This document shows positions 52,501 to 61,717 of a DNA stretch of 64,000 bases, in pieces. The stretch comes from Candidatus Multivoradales bacterium. Lineage in GTDB: Bacteria; Acidobacteriota; Thermoanaerobaculia; Multivoradales; JAHEKO01. The DNA is taken from contig CBDCVR010000015.1 of the NCBI GenBank assembly GCA_965223155.1, positions 928,001 to 992,000 on the forward strand, in the 5' to 3' direction. Within the stretch, counting starts at the first letter, position 1; the number at the start of each line of letters is the position of its first letter. The notes beneath the pieces are model-generated. The model did not search any database and had not been told where the DNA came from. It saw nothing but the letters and a program-made list of their open reading frames with translations. The position numbers were made by a program, and so were the translations under genes.

Positions 52501-54284
52501 TCGTCTCCGAGACCGACGGCCGAGGCGTCACCACCACCCGGACCGTTGACGCTCTCGACCGCGTCACCTTCCTCGACTCCGACGAGAACGCTCTTGACAC
52601 CACCTACACCTACGACGACCCCGCCGTTGCCTTCTCGGCCGGACGCCTGACCGCCATCTCCCGCAACGGCCATTCCATCGACTACCGATACGACCGCTTC
52701 GGACGCACCACCCAGGACGGCACCCTCGCCTACGCCTACGACGCGAACGGCAACCGCACCGGCGTCACCTACCCGGGCGGAGTCTCCGTCACGACCACCC
52801 ACGACTACGCCGACCGGGAGGAGACCCTGGCCGTCACGGATGGTGGCGCCGGGGGAGGGACCACCAGCCTCGTCTCCGCCGCCACCTACCTCCCCTCGGG
52901 CCCGCTCACCTCCCTCGTCCTCGGCAACGGTCTTACCGAGACCCGAGCCTTCGACCCCCGGTACTTCCCGGCCGGGATCTCCGTTCCCGGACGCCTCGAC
53001 TGGGCCTACGCGACCGACTCGCTCGGCAACATCCTCCAGATCGCAGATGCCGGTCCAGGCCCGGACCGCACCTACACCTACCAGGACGTCCACTACTTCC
53101 TGACCTCGGGCACCGGGCCCTGGGGCTCTCGTGCCTTCACCTACGACAAGATCGGCAACCGGCTCTCTGAGACCCGGGACGGCACTGCTGACTCCTACGC
53201 CTACCCGGCCTCCCCCTCCGGAGGCAACCTCCCCAAGCTCGCGACGATCGCTACGGGAAACACCGCCTCCGAGCGCTTCTTCTTCGACGACGCCGGCAAC
53301 GAAACCTACCGCGCCACCCACACCGCCAAGCACCGGCTGAGCTACGATGCCCTGGGACGGATGAGCCAGATCAAGACTGACTCGGGCGAGACCGCGGGGG
53401 CCCTCGTCACCCTCGCCTACGACGGCAGGAGCTTCTTGCGCCAAGCCGCCCGAAGCCCCTTCCCCGGCCAGCCCGCCACCGTCACCACCAACCCCACCTA
53501 CTCCTCCGACGGGCTTCTCATGCACAAGGAGACGACCGCGGTCTTGGGACCCGAAGATCCCCGAGGCGAGGGCAGCGCCATCAGCGACGCCTACGTCCTC
53601 TACTTCGCCGGCAGGCCCGTCGGCATCCTCGAGAACGAGACCGTGACCCCGCTCGGCGGATCGCCCGCGAGCACCTCCACCCTCACCTATCTCACCACCG
53701 ACCACCTCGGCACCCCGGTCCTTGCCACCGACGACTCCGGCACCACCACCTGGGCCGGAGGCTTCGCACCCTTCGGGGACGACTGGCAGGCGCAGGCCGG
53801 TACCGGGGCGAGTGAGGCGGGAGTCTTCCTGCGCTTCCCGGGCCAGTGGGACGACCCGGCCTGGGGCGGGGCGGGAGCGGGGTCCGCTAGCGCCTCAGAC
53901 CCTGGCCTCTACTACAACGTCCACAGGTGGTACGAGCCGGGGACGGGGAGGTATGGGAGGGTCGATCCGTTGGGGTTCCGACAGGGAACCGAACCGTTCC
54001 TGTACTCCCGCAACAATCCCGTCGTCTGGGCTGACCCGCTAGGCCTCGCGCCTTGCGAGTGCACGGATGCGTGCCCTAGCGGGGAGTGGACCTATGTCGG
54101 TGCGTCAGGCGGATTTGGATTTGGCGGAGGCCTAGCAGGCCAATGGGGCACCTTTCATTGCAACGGCAAACCTGAGGTCGACGTCCCTGTGAAGGCCGTG
54201 TGTGGCGTGCTCGGCTTCGCAGAAGACGGAAGATCAGCTGCTGCGTTCGATCAATTGGCGAGACAACAGTATGCGGCTCTTTGA
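49533..54284 (+). CDS. RHS repeat protein 7 (full core, apparently truncated tip)
   Basis: Signal peptide, GAS x3 insertion (51459-51485), DPLGL then CECTDACPSGEW..; runs into GT2 remnant DNA at ~54220. Confidence 0.88.
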   Translation: MRPDMLRCLGLRVASISKRLLNHRPTIPSATSIVELRFRERAGRPRQAARLSLLAAAGTAFLWATPAAAQNNCFGDVTWGGDVDSTIAKPENCTADTRCYPPELAGSGVSFAPGCDPSAGPCDVTVTAQLRFPGNRDNEDFVDASGLAYSFATFAVFDNTGSGVGGCGVAGAVIQWDTGTATIRGQAKKGDLFTIVARACPCSPEGLCPLCEKTESFVIPIGSPPPQDDCDDCKACPLPGASAGGGGPKGTTETNSGPETLVYYTAGGTGAPGTPGADEHAATLGHGFAHNFSERLVAVPDDPYDSDRIWMLTRKGTFRQFWNLQGGEYLGTAPSDEYRTLFATAAGYELRGLDGTVQSFDAAGVWTGTADASGNATTPAYDASGLLTAVALPDGRQETFTYHPAGSGQDGKLATITEVGIDGTSTLTWTYTWSGDELVRIDAPDGTALAYAYDDPRHPGFRTLTERIGTDTSRRVERGYAYDDEGNVVQTWRGDTVPAVAGVSASLPGPAAVDHETFAFDDPVNPAVTTRTDALGKIATYAIGRDPSSGKARVTSIAGDCPACGLGPNSQLVYDDPDHPLLPTRSIDGRGTVTAMAYDANGRMTSRTEALGTPEERTTTWSYDDPAFPAVATTIEEPSTTAGASGASGASRTTTLVLGADGHPTTRTVSGVEAASAFSLTTTTTYTAEGQIETIDPPGFGTDDVTAFTYDPARGGQIPLSRTDPIVGSLPNGGATTYAYDPFNRRTSVTDPNGVETVTAYDAADRVTFVTHKGTTAAEDLVTENRYNAFGDLALTILPQGNAIEYAYDDTGRLTSIGRGPAPGTLLERTLYELDAAGNRTRETLQSFDGTSWVTTSETAYLYDSRCRLDRIVRAPGTPQESVTEYRYDCNGNLESLWDANHDSASDPPTQSYTYDRLDRLTAIAQPWAGAGAGSATTTYAYDVQDHLVAVTDAEGNTTAYVYSDRDLLTRQDSPVSGVATFAYNDHGELVSETDGRGVTTTRTVDALDRVTFLDSDENALDTTYTYDDPAVAFSAGRLTAISRNGHSIDYRYDRFGRTTQDGTLAYAYDANGNRTGVTYPGGVSVTTTHDYADREETLAVTDGGAGGGTTSLVSAATYLPSGPLTSLVLGNGLTETRAFDPRYFPAGISVPGRLDWAYATDSLGNILQIADAGPGPDRTYTYQDVHYFLTSGTGPWGSRAFTYDKIGNRLSETRDGTADSYAYPASPSGGNLPKLATIATGNTASERFFFDDAGNETYRATHTAKHRLSYDALGRMSQIKTDSGETAGALVTLAYDGRSFLRQAARSPFPGQPATVTTNPTYSSDGLLMHKETTAVLGPEDPRGEGSAISDAYVLYFAGRPVGILENETVTPLGGSPASTSTLTYLTTDHLGTPVLATDDSGTTTWAGGFAPFGDDWQAQAGTGASEAGVFLRFPGQWDDPAWGGAGAGSASASDPGLYYNVHRWYEPGTGRYGRVDPLGFRQGTEPFLYSRNNPVVWADPLGLAPCECTDACPSGEWTYVGASGGFGFGGGLAGQWGTFHCNGKPEVDVPVKAVCGVLGFAEDGRSAAAFDQLARQQYAAL

Positions 54285-54690
54285 CATCTCGACCCCCGCT
54301 GCTTCGGTCGAGGGCGGGTGGTTCGGCACGCTGACCGAAAGCAACTGCATCGCCCTTCACAAGCGACAGTACACGGCAATGGGCGGCTACGATCCGCGGT
54401 TTGATGCGCCCGGGGGAGGCCTGGCGAACCTTGATTTCTTTGCCCGGATTTGCGAACGATTCCGTGACGAGCTGGTCGTCCTGCTCGGTGAGGGAACTTT
54501 CCACCAAGTCCACGGCGGTGCGGCGACCAGCGACGCCAGCTACCCTTCGCGCTGGATGGGCCAGTACGAGCGCATCCGGGGCGCTCCCTACAAGCCGCCG
54601 CGGATCGACCCCTACTATTTCGGCCGCCTTCCGGCGCAAGCAAGGCGTTTCCTGGATCCGGGCTCTGTCCCGGGCACGAAAGGAACGTGA
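54220..54690 (+). pseudogene. C-terminal fragment of a family 2 glycosyltransferase
   Basis: EDQLLRSINW, ESNCIAL..GGYDPRF..PGGGLANLDFF, GEGTFHQVHGG; no N-terminal half. Confidence 0.7.
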
Positions 54691-54845
54691 CGGATGGCCA
54701 TCGCTGCCGGGCAGTCACGCTTGATCACCTTGGCCGTTGGTCCCACATCGACCGGATGTGCGAGCTCGAAGCCTAGGTTCCGATCGCGGACGAGCTCGAG
54801 AGCCAGGAAAACCGAAGTTTCTGCGGCGGCGCCGCGCCGCGGAGA

Positions 54846-55076
54846 CTAGCCCTTGGAGCGCCGCGGATCGTTGCCGTAGGTGTACTCGGTCTGGATCTTG
54901 CCGTCCTGCTTGTGGACGATGAGTTGGCCGAGGCCCGTCCGCTTGGCCAGCTGGCGGCCACGCTCGACGGCGTCAGCCTTTGTGTCGTGACGGCTCGAGG
55001 CGCGCTTGGCTCCGCGCTTCTTGACCTGCCAGGTGTCGCCGTCTTTGGTTACGTGGAAAACTTCTCGTTTGGCCAT
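54846..55076 (-). CDS. DUF2188 family small protein
   Basis: FHV...WQVK..GAKRAS..HDTK..A...GRQLA..LIVHKQDGKIQ..TYGNDP; RBS AAGGAG upstream. Confidence 0.85.
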   Translation of the reverse strand: MAKREVFHVTKDGDTWQVKKRGAKRASSRHDTKADAVERGRQLAKRTGLGQLIVHKQDGKIQTEYTYGNDPRRSKG

Positions 55077-55282
55077 AATCCCTCTCCTTGATGGCTGTTG
55101 CTGACGCCGTGGCGCGGCACGCCCCGACGGCTGTAGCAGTATAGTCCGCGGCCGCCCCTTCTCGAAGTCGTGTTGGGTTGCGCACCCGTGCCGGGCGCCG
55201 CGGCCCGCGTCGAAGCCGGGCACCGTCGCTCGCAGACAGGCCGGAGCCCGACCGCAGCCAAGCTCGGGTCGGGCCGCGGCCG

Positions 55283-55311
55283 TTGACACCAACCCGGTCG
55301 GACACTACGCT
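55283..55311 (+). promoter_or_regulatory. Sigma70-type promoter for the TonB receptor
   Basis: TTGACA-N17-TACGCT about 60 nt upstream of the ATG. Confidence 0.6.
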
Positions 55312-55370
55312 CTGCTTACTTTCTTGATTACAGGCCCCACCCAGAGTGCCGGGCCGGAAAGGCAGGAATC

Positions 55371-58361
55371 ATGATGCGATTTTCGAGAACACCACGTGGT
55401 ATCGGCAGCGGCGAGCTCGTTCGCTACGGCTTCGTCGCGTTCCTCGCTCTGCTTCTGGCCCTGGCTGCTCCGGTCGCGGTCTGGGCGCAGGAGGGCGAGG
55501 AGGCCGAGGAGGCGGCGAGCGAGGCGGGCGCCGACGAGGGTGGCGATGCCGAAACGGTATCGGACACCATCGTGGTCACCGGCTCCCGAATCCCGACCAA
55601 CCCTCTCTATCAACGCGCGCCGATCGTCGAGGTTGACGAGATCGAGATCAAGCGCTCGGGTCTGACCAACCTGGGAGCCAGCCTCCAGCAGATCCCGAGC
55701 ATGGGTACCGCCATCAACGCGCGCTTCAACGTGCCCGGCAACTCGGGCTTTCCCCAGGACGGCAACGGTATCGGGGCCGGTGCGGTGCAGCTCTCGCTGC
55801 GCAACGTCGGCGCCAAGCGGACTCTGGTTCTGGTCGACGGCCAGCGCTGGATCCCCGGAGCTTCGGCTTCGGGCGTCGCCAACGCGGTCGATCTCAACAC
55901 ACTGCCTTCCAACATGATCGAGCGGGTCGAGGTGCTGCAGGACGGCGCCTCGGCGATCTACGGCTCGGACGCGATCGGGGGCGTGGTCAACGTCATCACC
56001 CGCAGCGACTTTGAAGGCTTGCGGTTCTCGGTCCAGAAGGGCAGCTTCGTGAGCGAGGGCGACGGCGAGGGCACCGAGGTCTCGAGCCTCTGGGGCGGCG
56101 GCAGCGACCGGACGAACGTGGTCTTTAGCGCCGCCTTTTTCGAGGAGGGCGCGGTCACGACCACCGATCGGGCGCAGTCGGCGTTTCCCAATCCCTTCGC
56201 GACGACCTGCGACATTCCGGGCACTTTCTGTTCCTCGTTTACCCCGCAGGGCCGCTTTATCCTGGGTCCGAACTTCGACTTCTGGGACGGCACGCTCAAC
56301 ACCGGCGTTCTGAACGACGGTGGCTCGAACGTTCCGATCTTCGACCCCAATAGCCCGAACGGCGGAGACTTCCACGCCTTTACCGCGGCCGACCGGTTCA
56401 ACTACAACGGCCAGGACTTTAACTATCTCCAAACGCCGAACCGGCGAGCCAATCTCTTTACTTCGATCACCCACGCCTTGACCGATTCGACGGACTTGAA
56501 CTTCAAGGCGTCGTACACCAACCGGAAGTCCAACACCCGAGCCGCTCCCGAGCCGCTGTGCCTGGGCGCCGGCTGTGGCAACCGGATCGCGGAGAACATC
56601 CTGATCCACCGCGACAATCCCTTCAATCCCTTCGGCGTCGATCTGTCGGTGGCGAACGGCAATCTGGAGTTCTTCGGCCGCCGGCCGCTCGAGTCGGGTC
56701 CCCGGCTCTTCAACCAGGACGTCGATACCTACTTCACCAGCGTCGGCTTCGACGGTACCTTCGGCACCGATTCGCGCAACTTTGCCTGGGACGTGACGGC
56801 GGCCTACGGCGAGAATCGAGGCTTCCAGCAGAAGCGCAACTCGCACAACATCGCGAAGATTGCGGTCGCGCTGGGCGATCCGGACGTTTGCGCCCAGGTG
56901 CCGAACTGCGTTCCGTTCAACTTCTTCGGCGGCCAGGGACCCAACGGCGCCGGCTCGATCACTCAGGAGATGCTGGACTTCGTCACCTACACTCAGCGTG
57001 ACTTCAGCGAGCAGACGCTCCTCAATCTGAGTGCCAACATCAGCGGCGATCTCTTCCAGCTCCCCAACCAGGCCAACGTCGGCTTTGCCGCCGGCATCGA
57101 GCACCGGGAGCAGGACGGCTCCTTCCAGCCCGATCCGATCGCGGCCAGCGGCGAGACCGCCGGCATTCCGTCGGCGCCCACCGCGGGCGGCTTCGACGTC
57201 TCCGAGGCGTATCTCGAGCTCAACTTCCCGCTCATGATCGACCGGCCCGGAGCCGAGTATCTCGAGCTCAACGTGGCCGGCCGGTACTCGGACTACAGCA
57301 CGTCGGGCGGCGAGGACACCTACAAGCTCGGCTTCCTGTACCGACCGATCGAAACACTGTCGCTTCGCGGCTCGGTCGCGACCGGCCTCCGGGCTCCCGG
57401 CATCGGCGAGCTCTTCGGCGGCGCCGCGCGCGAGGACTTCACGTTCCTGGATCCGTGCGCTGACGTTCTCGGCGTGATCGGCTCGGCCAACGGCGGCCGG
57501 GACACGCCGCAGCCACAGAACATCATCGACAACTGTGCCGCCCTGGGCGTGCCGGTCGGCTTCTCCCAGCGCAATCCGCAGCTTTCAGCGATCTCGGCCG
57601 GCAACGCGGGCCTCATCGCCGAGACTTCGGACAGCTACTCGCTGGGGTTCGTCTACAGCCCTGGACGGGGTCCGAGCGGGCGCGGCTGGACGGTCTCGGC
57701 CGACTTCTACGACCTTCAGATCGACGATGCCATTCAGGGCCGTAGCCCCGGTGAGGTCATCACCGCCTGCGTCCAGACCCTGGATCCGTTCTTCTGCAAC
57801 GGCGTCGAGCGCGCCGCCAGCGGTCTCATCAATCTGGTCGACAACCAGTTGCAGAACATCGGCGGCATCGAGGCTTCCGGCGCCGACTTCACCTTCGACT
57901 GGTTCGGCGGCGGCGCTTGGGCTTTCGGCTTCAACGCCACCTACCTGAGCGACTACACCGAGCTGACCCGCAACCCGGACGGCTCGCTGTCGAGCGTCGA
58001 TCGGACCGGCACCCTGACCGACGAGACCTTCCAGCGCGGCTTCGCCGAGTGGCGGGCGGTCACCAAGGTGGACTGGCGCCGGGAGCGCTGGGACACGGGT
58101 GTGACCTTGCGCTGGACCGACGAGATGCTGCTCGACTCCGGCAGCACGCTCGATTCGATCCTGTACGCGGATCTCCTGGTCCGGTACCTGCTGCCGTATG
58201 GCGACGACTCGACCAGCGTCAGCTTCGGCATCAATAACCTCTTCGACGAGGATCCGAGCGTCTGCGACGCCTGCGGTGTCGTCAGCATGAGCCCCTTCCA
58301 TGACCTGCCGGGCATGGTCGGCTACGTCCGGCTCGACGTCGGTCTCGGCGACGGCTCGTAA
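55371..58361 (+). CDS. TonB-dependent receptor
   Basis: Signal peptide, TonB box DTIVVTGSRI, plug motifs RTLVLVDGQR and IERVEVLQDGASAIYGSDAIGGVVNVIT, barrel end GINNLFD. Confidence 0.93.
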   Translation: MMRFSRTPRGIGSGELVRYGFVAFLALLLALAAPVAVWAQEGEEAEEAASEAGADEGGDAETVSDTIVVTGSRIPTNPLYQRAPIVEVDEIEIKRSGLTNLGASLQQIPSMGTAINARFNVPGNSGFPQDGNGIGAGAVQLSLRNVGAKRTLVLVDGQRWIPGASASGVANAVDLNTLPSNMIERVEVLQDGASAIYGSDAIGGVVNVITRSDFEGLRFSVQKGSFVSEGDGEGTEVSSLWGGGSDRTNVVFSAAFFEEGAVTTTDRAQSAFPNPFATTCDIPGTFCSSFTPQGRFILGPNFDFWDGTLNTGVLNDGGSNVPIFDPNSPNGGDFHAFTAADRFNYNGQDFNYLQTPNRRANLFTSITHALTDSTDLNFKASYTNRKSNTRAAPEPLCLGAGCGNRIAENILIHRDNPFNPFGVDLSVANGNLEFFGRRPLESGPRLFNQDVDTYFTSVGFDGTFGTDSRNFAWDVTAAYGENRGFQQKRNSHNIAKIAVALGDPDVCAQVPNCVPFNFFGGQGPNGAGSITQEMLDFVTYTQRDFSEQTLLNLSANISGDLFQLPNQANVGFAAGIEHREQDGSFQPDPIAASGETAGIPSAPTAGGFDVSEAYLELNFPLMIDRPGAEYLELNVAGRYSDYSTSGGEDTYKLGFLYRPIETLSLRGSVATGLRAPGIGELFGGAAREDFTFLDPCADVLGVIGSANGGRDTPQPQNIIDNCAALGVPVGFSQRNPQLSAISAGNAGLIAETSDSYSLGFVYSPGRGPSGRGWTVSADFYDLQIDDAIQGRSPGEVITACVQTLDPFFCNGVERAASGLINLVDNQLQNIGGIEASGADFTFDWFGGGAWAFGFNATYLSDYTELTRNPDGSLSSVDRTGTLTDETFQRGFAEWRAVTKVDWRRERWDTGVTLRWTDEMLLDSGSTLDSILYADLLVRYLLPYGDDSTSVSFGINNLFDEDPSVCDACGVVSMSPFHDLPGMVGYVRLDVGLGDGS

Positions 58362-58384
58362 GGGTCGCCTTCATCCACCAACCT

Positions 58385-58421
58385 CGGGGCGGCTTCCGCA
58401 AGGGAGCCGCCCCGTTTCTTT
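58385..58421 (+). terminator. Rho-independent terminator
   Basis: CGGGGCGGCTTCC-GCAA-GGGAGCCGCCCCG followed by TTTCTTT. Confidence 0.85.
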
Positions 58422-58472
58422 CTGGAGCTCGCGCGACCGTTCCGCGGCGCGCCGTGCCGTGTCGTGCCGCGG

Positions 58473-61400
58473 CTAGTCTTTGTTCTTGAAGAGCTTGAGG
58501 AAGAAAATGTTGGCGGTAAATCCGTCGTCGGGACCGGCGACGGCAACGCCCAGGTCCACGTTGACGACCGTGCTCCAGGGGCCGACGAAGGTTCCGGCAA
58601 CGCCGGCGCCGGCCAGAAGCTCGCGATCCAGGCCCGAGACCTCGTCCGTCGCCCAGGCGGCGTCGGCCAGAAGCTCGGCGCGGAAGACGTTGCCCAGGTT
58701 CCAGCCATAGCTCAGGTGAGCGGCCAGGGCCTCCTCGGCCCGCACCTTGCCGGTCTGATATCCCCGCACCCGGACGTCCGAGAAGGAGCCGAAGTCGAAC
58801 TTCGAGAAGCGGTCGAGGTTCGAGCCGTCCAGAAACTCGAGCTCGGCGCCGAACTTCAGGAACTTGGGCAGGTGCCAGACCTTGCCGACTCCCACCGACC
58901 AGGTGGTGTAGGCGTCGTCGTCGGGCTCGTATTCGAGGTTGCCCGGCAGCCCCCAGAGCTCCCACTCGCCCCGCAGGTGGTAGTTTCCCCGCGCCCGGAA
59001 GCGGTACCCCTTGCGGTTGTAGCGGGTGGTGAGCGAAAGGGTGTGATTCGCGTGATTCGACGGCAGCACGAACTCCTCGGCGGTGGCATCGACCCGGCCG
59101 AAGCTGCGATAGCCGAGTTGATACTGGAACTCCACCTTGCCGAAGTTGCCGAGCGGCCGGCCGAGCTTCAAGTCCAGATTGGGATTCGAGGTCTCGACCT
59201 CTTCCTCCACCGCCTCGATCCCGTCGCGAAACAGGTTGTCGGTACCGCGAAGGGCCAGAGCGAAGGCGTCGACGCCCAGGTCCCACTTCGAGCCCAGAAA
59301 ATCCGGGTCGGTAATCGCCACGTTGACGAGCGGCCCGGCGAAGAAGACGTTGGCCTGGGTGCCGGTGCCGCGCCAGTCGAACCAGAACCAGTTGATCCCG
59401 CCGAGCGGGATCGGAAAGTCCTGATTCTCGTCGTAGAAGACCCCGCCCACCAGGAACCGGCGTTTCGTGTCGAGCTCGGCCTTGACCACGCGCTCGCCGG
59501 TCTCCTCGTCAATCACCAGGTACTTGAGCCCGTCGTCGGTGTCGCGCACGATGGTGGCTTCAGAGTCGAGAGCCGCCTGGCGGCTGGCGTCGAAGTCTTC
59601 GGGGTTGAGCGCGACGTCGGACAGCAGGATCTCGCGCTCGACCACGGTCGTGCCGCTCAGAATCGACCAGATCTGCTGGCCCACCAGACGGAGCGGCAAG
59701 AAGTAGCTCTCCGGAGACCAGGGGCCGGGCAAACCGTCGGCGCCTAGGGGAGAGAAGAACTGTGTCTCCTCGCTTGAGACCACCTCGCCTTCGAGGCCGA
59801 GCTGAACCGTGCGGGTCCGCACCCGAGCGTAGATCTCGCGATCGACCCAGACGGTACCCTGATAGAGGCTCTTGCCCTCGGTGACGGCGACGACCGGAGC
59901 GAAGTCGACCACCCAGCAGTCGCGGCCGTCGACCGTCTCGGTGCCGCGCAGCTCGTACCGGTACTCCTTGGTGAAGGTGATCTCGACGGGCAGGGCCGCC
60001 GCTTTTTCGGGCTGGATCAATGGAATCTCGGGAATGGTCTTCCGGCGCCAGCGCACTCCGTTGACCAGAAACTCCTGCCAGACCCAGTCGAAGCCGCCGC
60101 CCTCGTCGACGAAGTACGGGCCCCGAAAGGTGGCTTCGACCGACTGGTTCGCCGTGCCGCCCTGGAAACGCAGGTGGCTGGTGTTGACGGCACGGTAGGT
60201 CCCGAGCTTGCGCCTCTGGGCGTCCTCGAAGGCCTGCAGCCGGCGCACGATCTCCTCGACCGGCATCTGGCGTTTGTCGGCGACGGTGACCTCTTCCACG
60301 AGACCCAGGATGCCCTCGAGCTCGGCGGCGCTCATCCGCTCGAGTGCCAAGACCTCGACCGCTCCCGGGTCGGCGAGTCTCAAGGTGAAGCTGTCCCGAT
60401 CCCGATCGGTGCCCCACTGGGTGACCGTTTCGCCGGTGGCGAGGTCGATCCGGGCCGGCTCACGCAAGCGCGGATCGGAAAAGCGAAGCTCCAACTCGTC
60501 GCCGGCACCCGCCCGCGTCTCGATGACGACCCGCAGGCTGAGGTCCTCTCCGCGCACGAACGCGAAGGCGCTCGCCCCACCGGAAGGCTCGGAGCCGGGC
60601 GCGGGCGAAACATCTCCCGCGAACTCTCGCGCCAGCGTTCTGAGGCCGGCGAGCGCCGCCGACCGGATCGGCGGGGCCGCGGCCGACCCGCCATCGAAGA
60701 CCACGAGGCTGACACCGGCGTGAGCGTAGCGGGCGGCCTCCACCAGGAGCTTCTCGGGCGGCATGGGCAGGGCCAGGGCGTCGAGCACGATCTCGGCCCC
60801 TGGATCGTGAGCCAAGATCTCGGTGACCGCCGCGGTCAGCTTCTCTGGTGATGTCGCAGTCAGCGGAGCCAGCGGAGCCGGGGGAGCCAGGGCAACCGCA
60901 TCCAGATAGGCAGCGAGCTCGCCGACGATCTCGGCCCCGGCTCCGGCGGCGCCGGCCCCGGAAGACCCGCCTGGGGCAAACAGCCGCTGGATCGCGCCGG
61001 GCTCGGCCGGGATCGTCTTCGAGACCAGCCGCGCCGCCGGCTGAGCTCCCAGAACCGCCGCCGACGCCTGCTTGACCAAGAAGGCGTAGTCCGCGCCCGC
61101 GCCACCTCCAGGATCGTCGGTCGAGTCGCCCCCCTCCGAGCCGGCCGGCCAGGAGATCTGGACCCGAGTGCCCTCGGGACTCTGCCGGGCCAAAGCCGCC
61201 AGCGCGTCGAGCTCCCGCCCCAGGGCCTCGAGGTTGTCGAGAAGCGGCGGCGGCGTTTCGAACTCGGCCACCAGCCAGGGTGTGGCCCCAGCAGCAACGG
61301 CAGCGGCGAGCCCGGACGGCTCGCCCGCGGCCAACCGAACCCGGGTGCCGACGAAGAGCGGTGCTCCGGCGGCAAGCTCGGGGCCGGCGGCAAGCTCGCC

Positions 61401-61541
61401 GGCAAGCGAAGCGAGGTCGGACACCACGAGGGCCGCGCAGGGCGTGCATCGGTCCGGCGGCTCGGCAAGCGCCGGCGCCAGGCCGCCTGCTACGACGCCG
61501 GCCAGAGCCGCCGCCACGAACGTCAAGTGAAAGTTCTTCAT
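58473..61541 (-). CDS. Large exported envelope protein with a MucB/RseB/LolA-like middle domain and probable C-terminal beta-barrel
   Basis: Signal peptide from ATG 61541; YRYELRGTETVDGRDCWVVDF..GTVWVD motif; amphipathic strands ending NIFFLKLF. Confidence 0.65.
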   Translation of the reverse strand: MKNFHLTFVAAALAGVVAGGLAPALAEPPDRCTPCAALVVSDLASLAGELAAGPELAAGAPLFVGTRVRLAAGEPSGLAAAVAAGATPWLVAEFETPPPLLDNLEALGRELDALAALARQSPEGTRVQISWPAGSEGGDSTDDPGGGAGADYAFLVKQASAAVLGAQPAARLVSKTIPAEPGAIQRLFAPGGSSGAGAAGAGAEIVGELAAYLDAVALAPPAPLAPLTATSPEKLTAAVTEILAHDPGAEIVLDALALPMPPEKLLVEAARYAHAGVSLVVFDGGSAAAPPIRSAALAGLRTLAREFAGDVSPAPGSEPSGGASAFAFVRGEDLSLRVVIETRAGAGDELELRFSDPRLREPARIDLATGETVTQWGTDRDRDSFTLRLADPGAVEVLALERMSAAELEGILGLVEEVTVADKRQMPVEEIVRRLQAFEDAQRRKLGTYRAVNTSHLRFQGGTANQSVEATFRGPYFVDEGGGFDWVWQEFLVNGVRWRRKTIPEIPLIQPEKAAALPVEITFTKEYRYELRGTETVDGRDCWVVDFAPVVAVTEGKSLYQGTVWVDREIYARVRTRTVQLGLEGEVVSSEETQFFSPLGADGLPGPWSPESYFLPLRLVGQQIWSILSGTTVVEREILLSDVALNPEDFDASRQAALDSEATIVRDTDDGLKYLVIDEETGERVVKAELDTKRRFLVGGVFYDENQDFPIPLGGINWFWFDWRGTGTQANVFFAGPLVNVAITDPDFLGSKWDLGVDAFALALRGTDNLFRDGIEAVEEEVETSNPNLDLKLGRPLGNFGKVEFQYQLGYRSFGRVDATAEEFVLPSNHANHTLSLTTRYNRKGYRFRARGNYHLRGEWELWGLPGNLEYEPDDDAYTTWSVGVGKVWHLPKFLKFGAELEFLDGSNLDRFSKFDFGSFSDVRVRGYQTGKVRAEEALAAHLSYGWNLGNVFRAELLADAAWATDEVSGLDRELLAGAGVAGTFVGPWSTVVNVDLGVAVAGPDDGFTANIFFLKLFKNKD

Positions 61542-61717
61542 TCCGCTCCCCACATGCAAGTTCTCTGCGAGCCTCGTCCCGGACCCGATCCGATCAGGCC
61601 GGAGCCAATCGGATCCTGTCGGATCGCCGGACTCTACTATTGGGTTGGTCGAGGCGGGTTGGGCTGGGCAGTTTCGGCAAAGGCAGCCTACGACAGTGAC
61701 CCCTCGGTGCGCGGCCG

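Noticed and set aside
21998-53705. Long antisense and alternate-frame ORFs over RHS cores (e.g. 21998-23965, 49626-52373, 35749-37737)
   Set aside because: Shadow ORFs of high-GC, biased-codon genes; low-complexity translations with no domain signal.
22028-54284. RHS multiplicity as pure assembly artefact
   Set aside because: Copies carry distinct SNPs, indels, tips and partners; local mosaicism from collapse cannot be excluded without reads.
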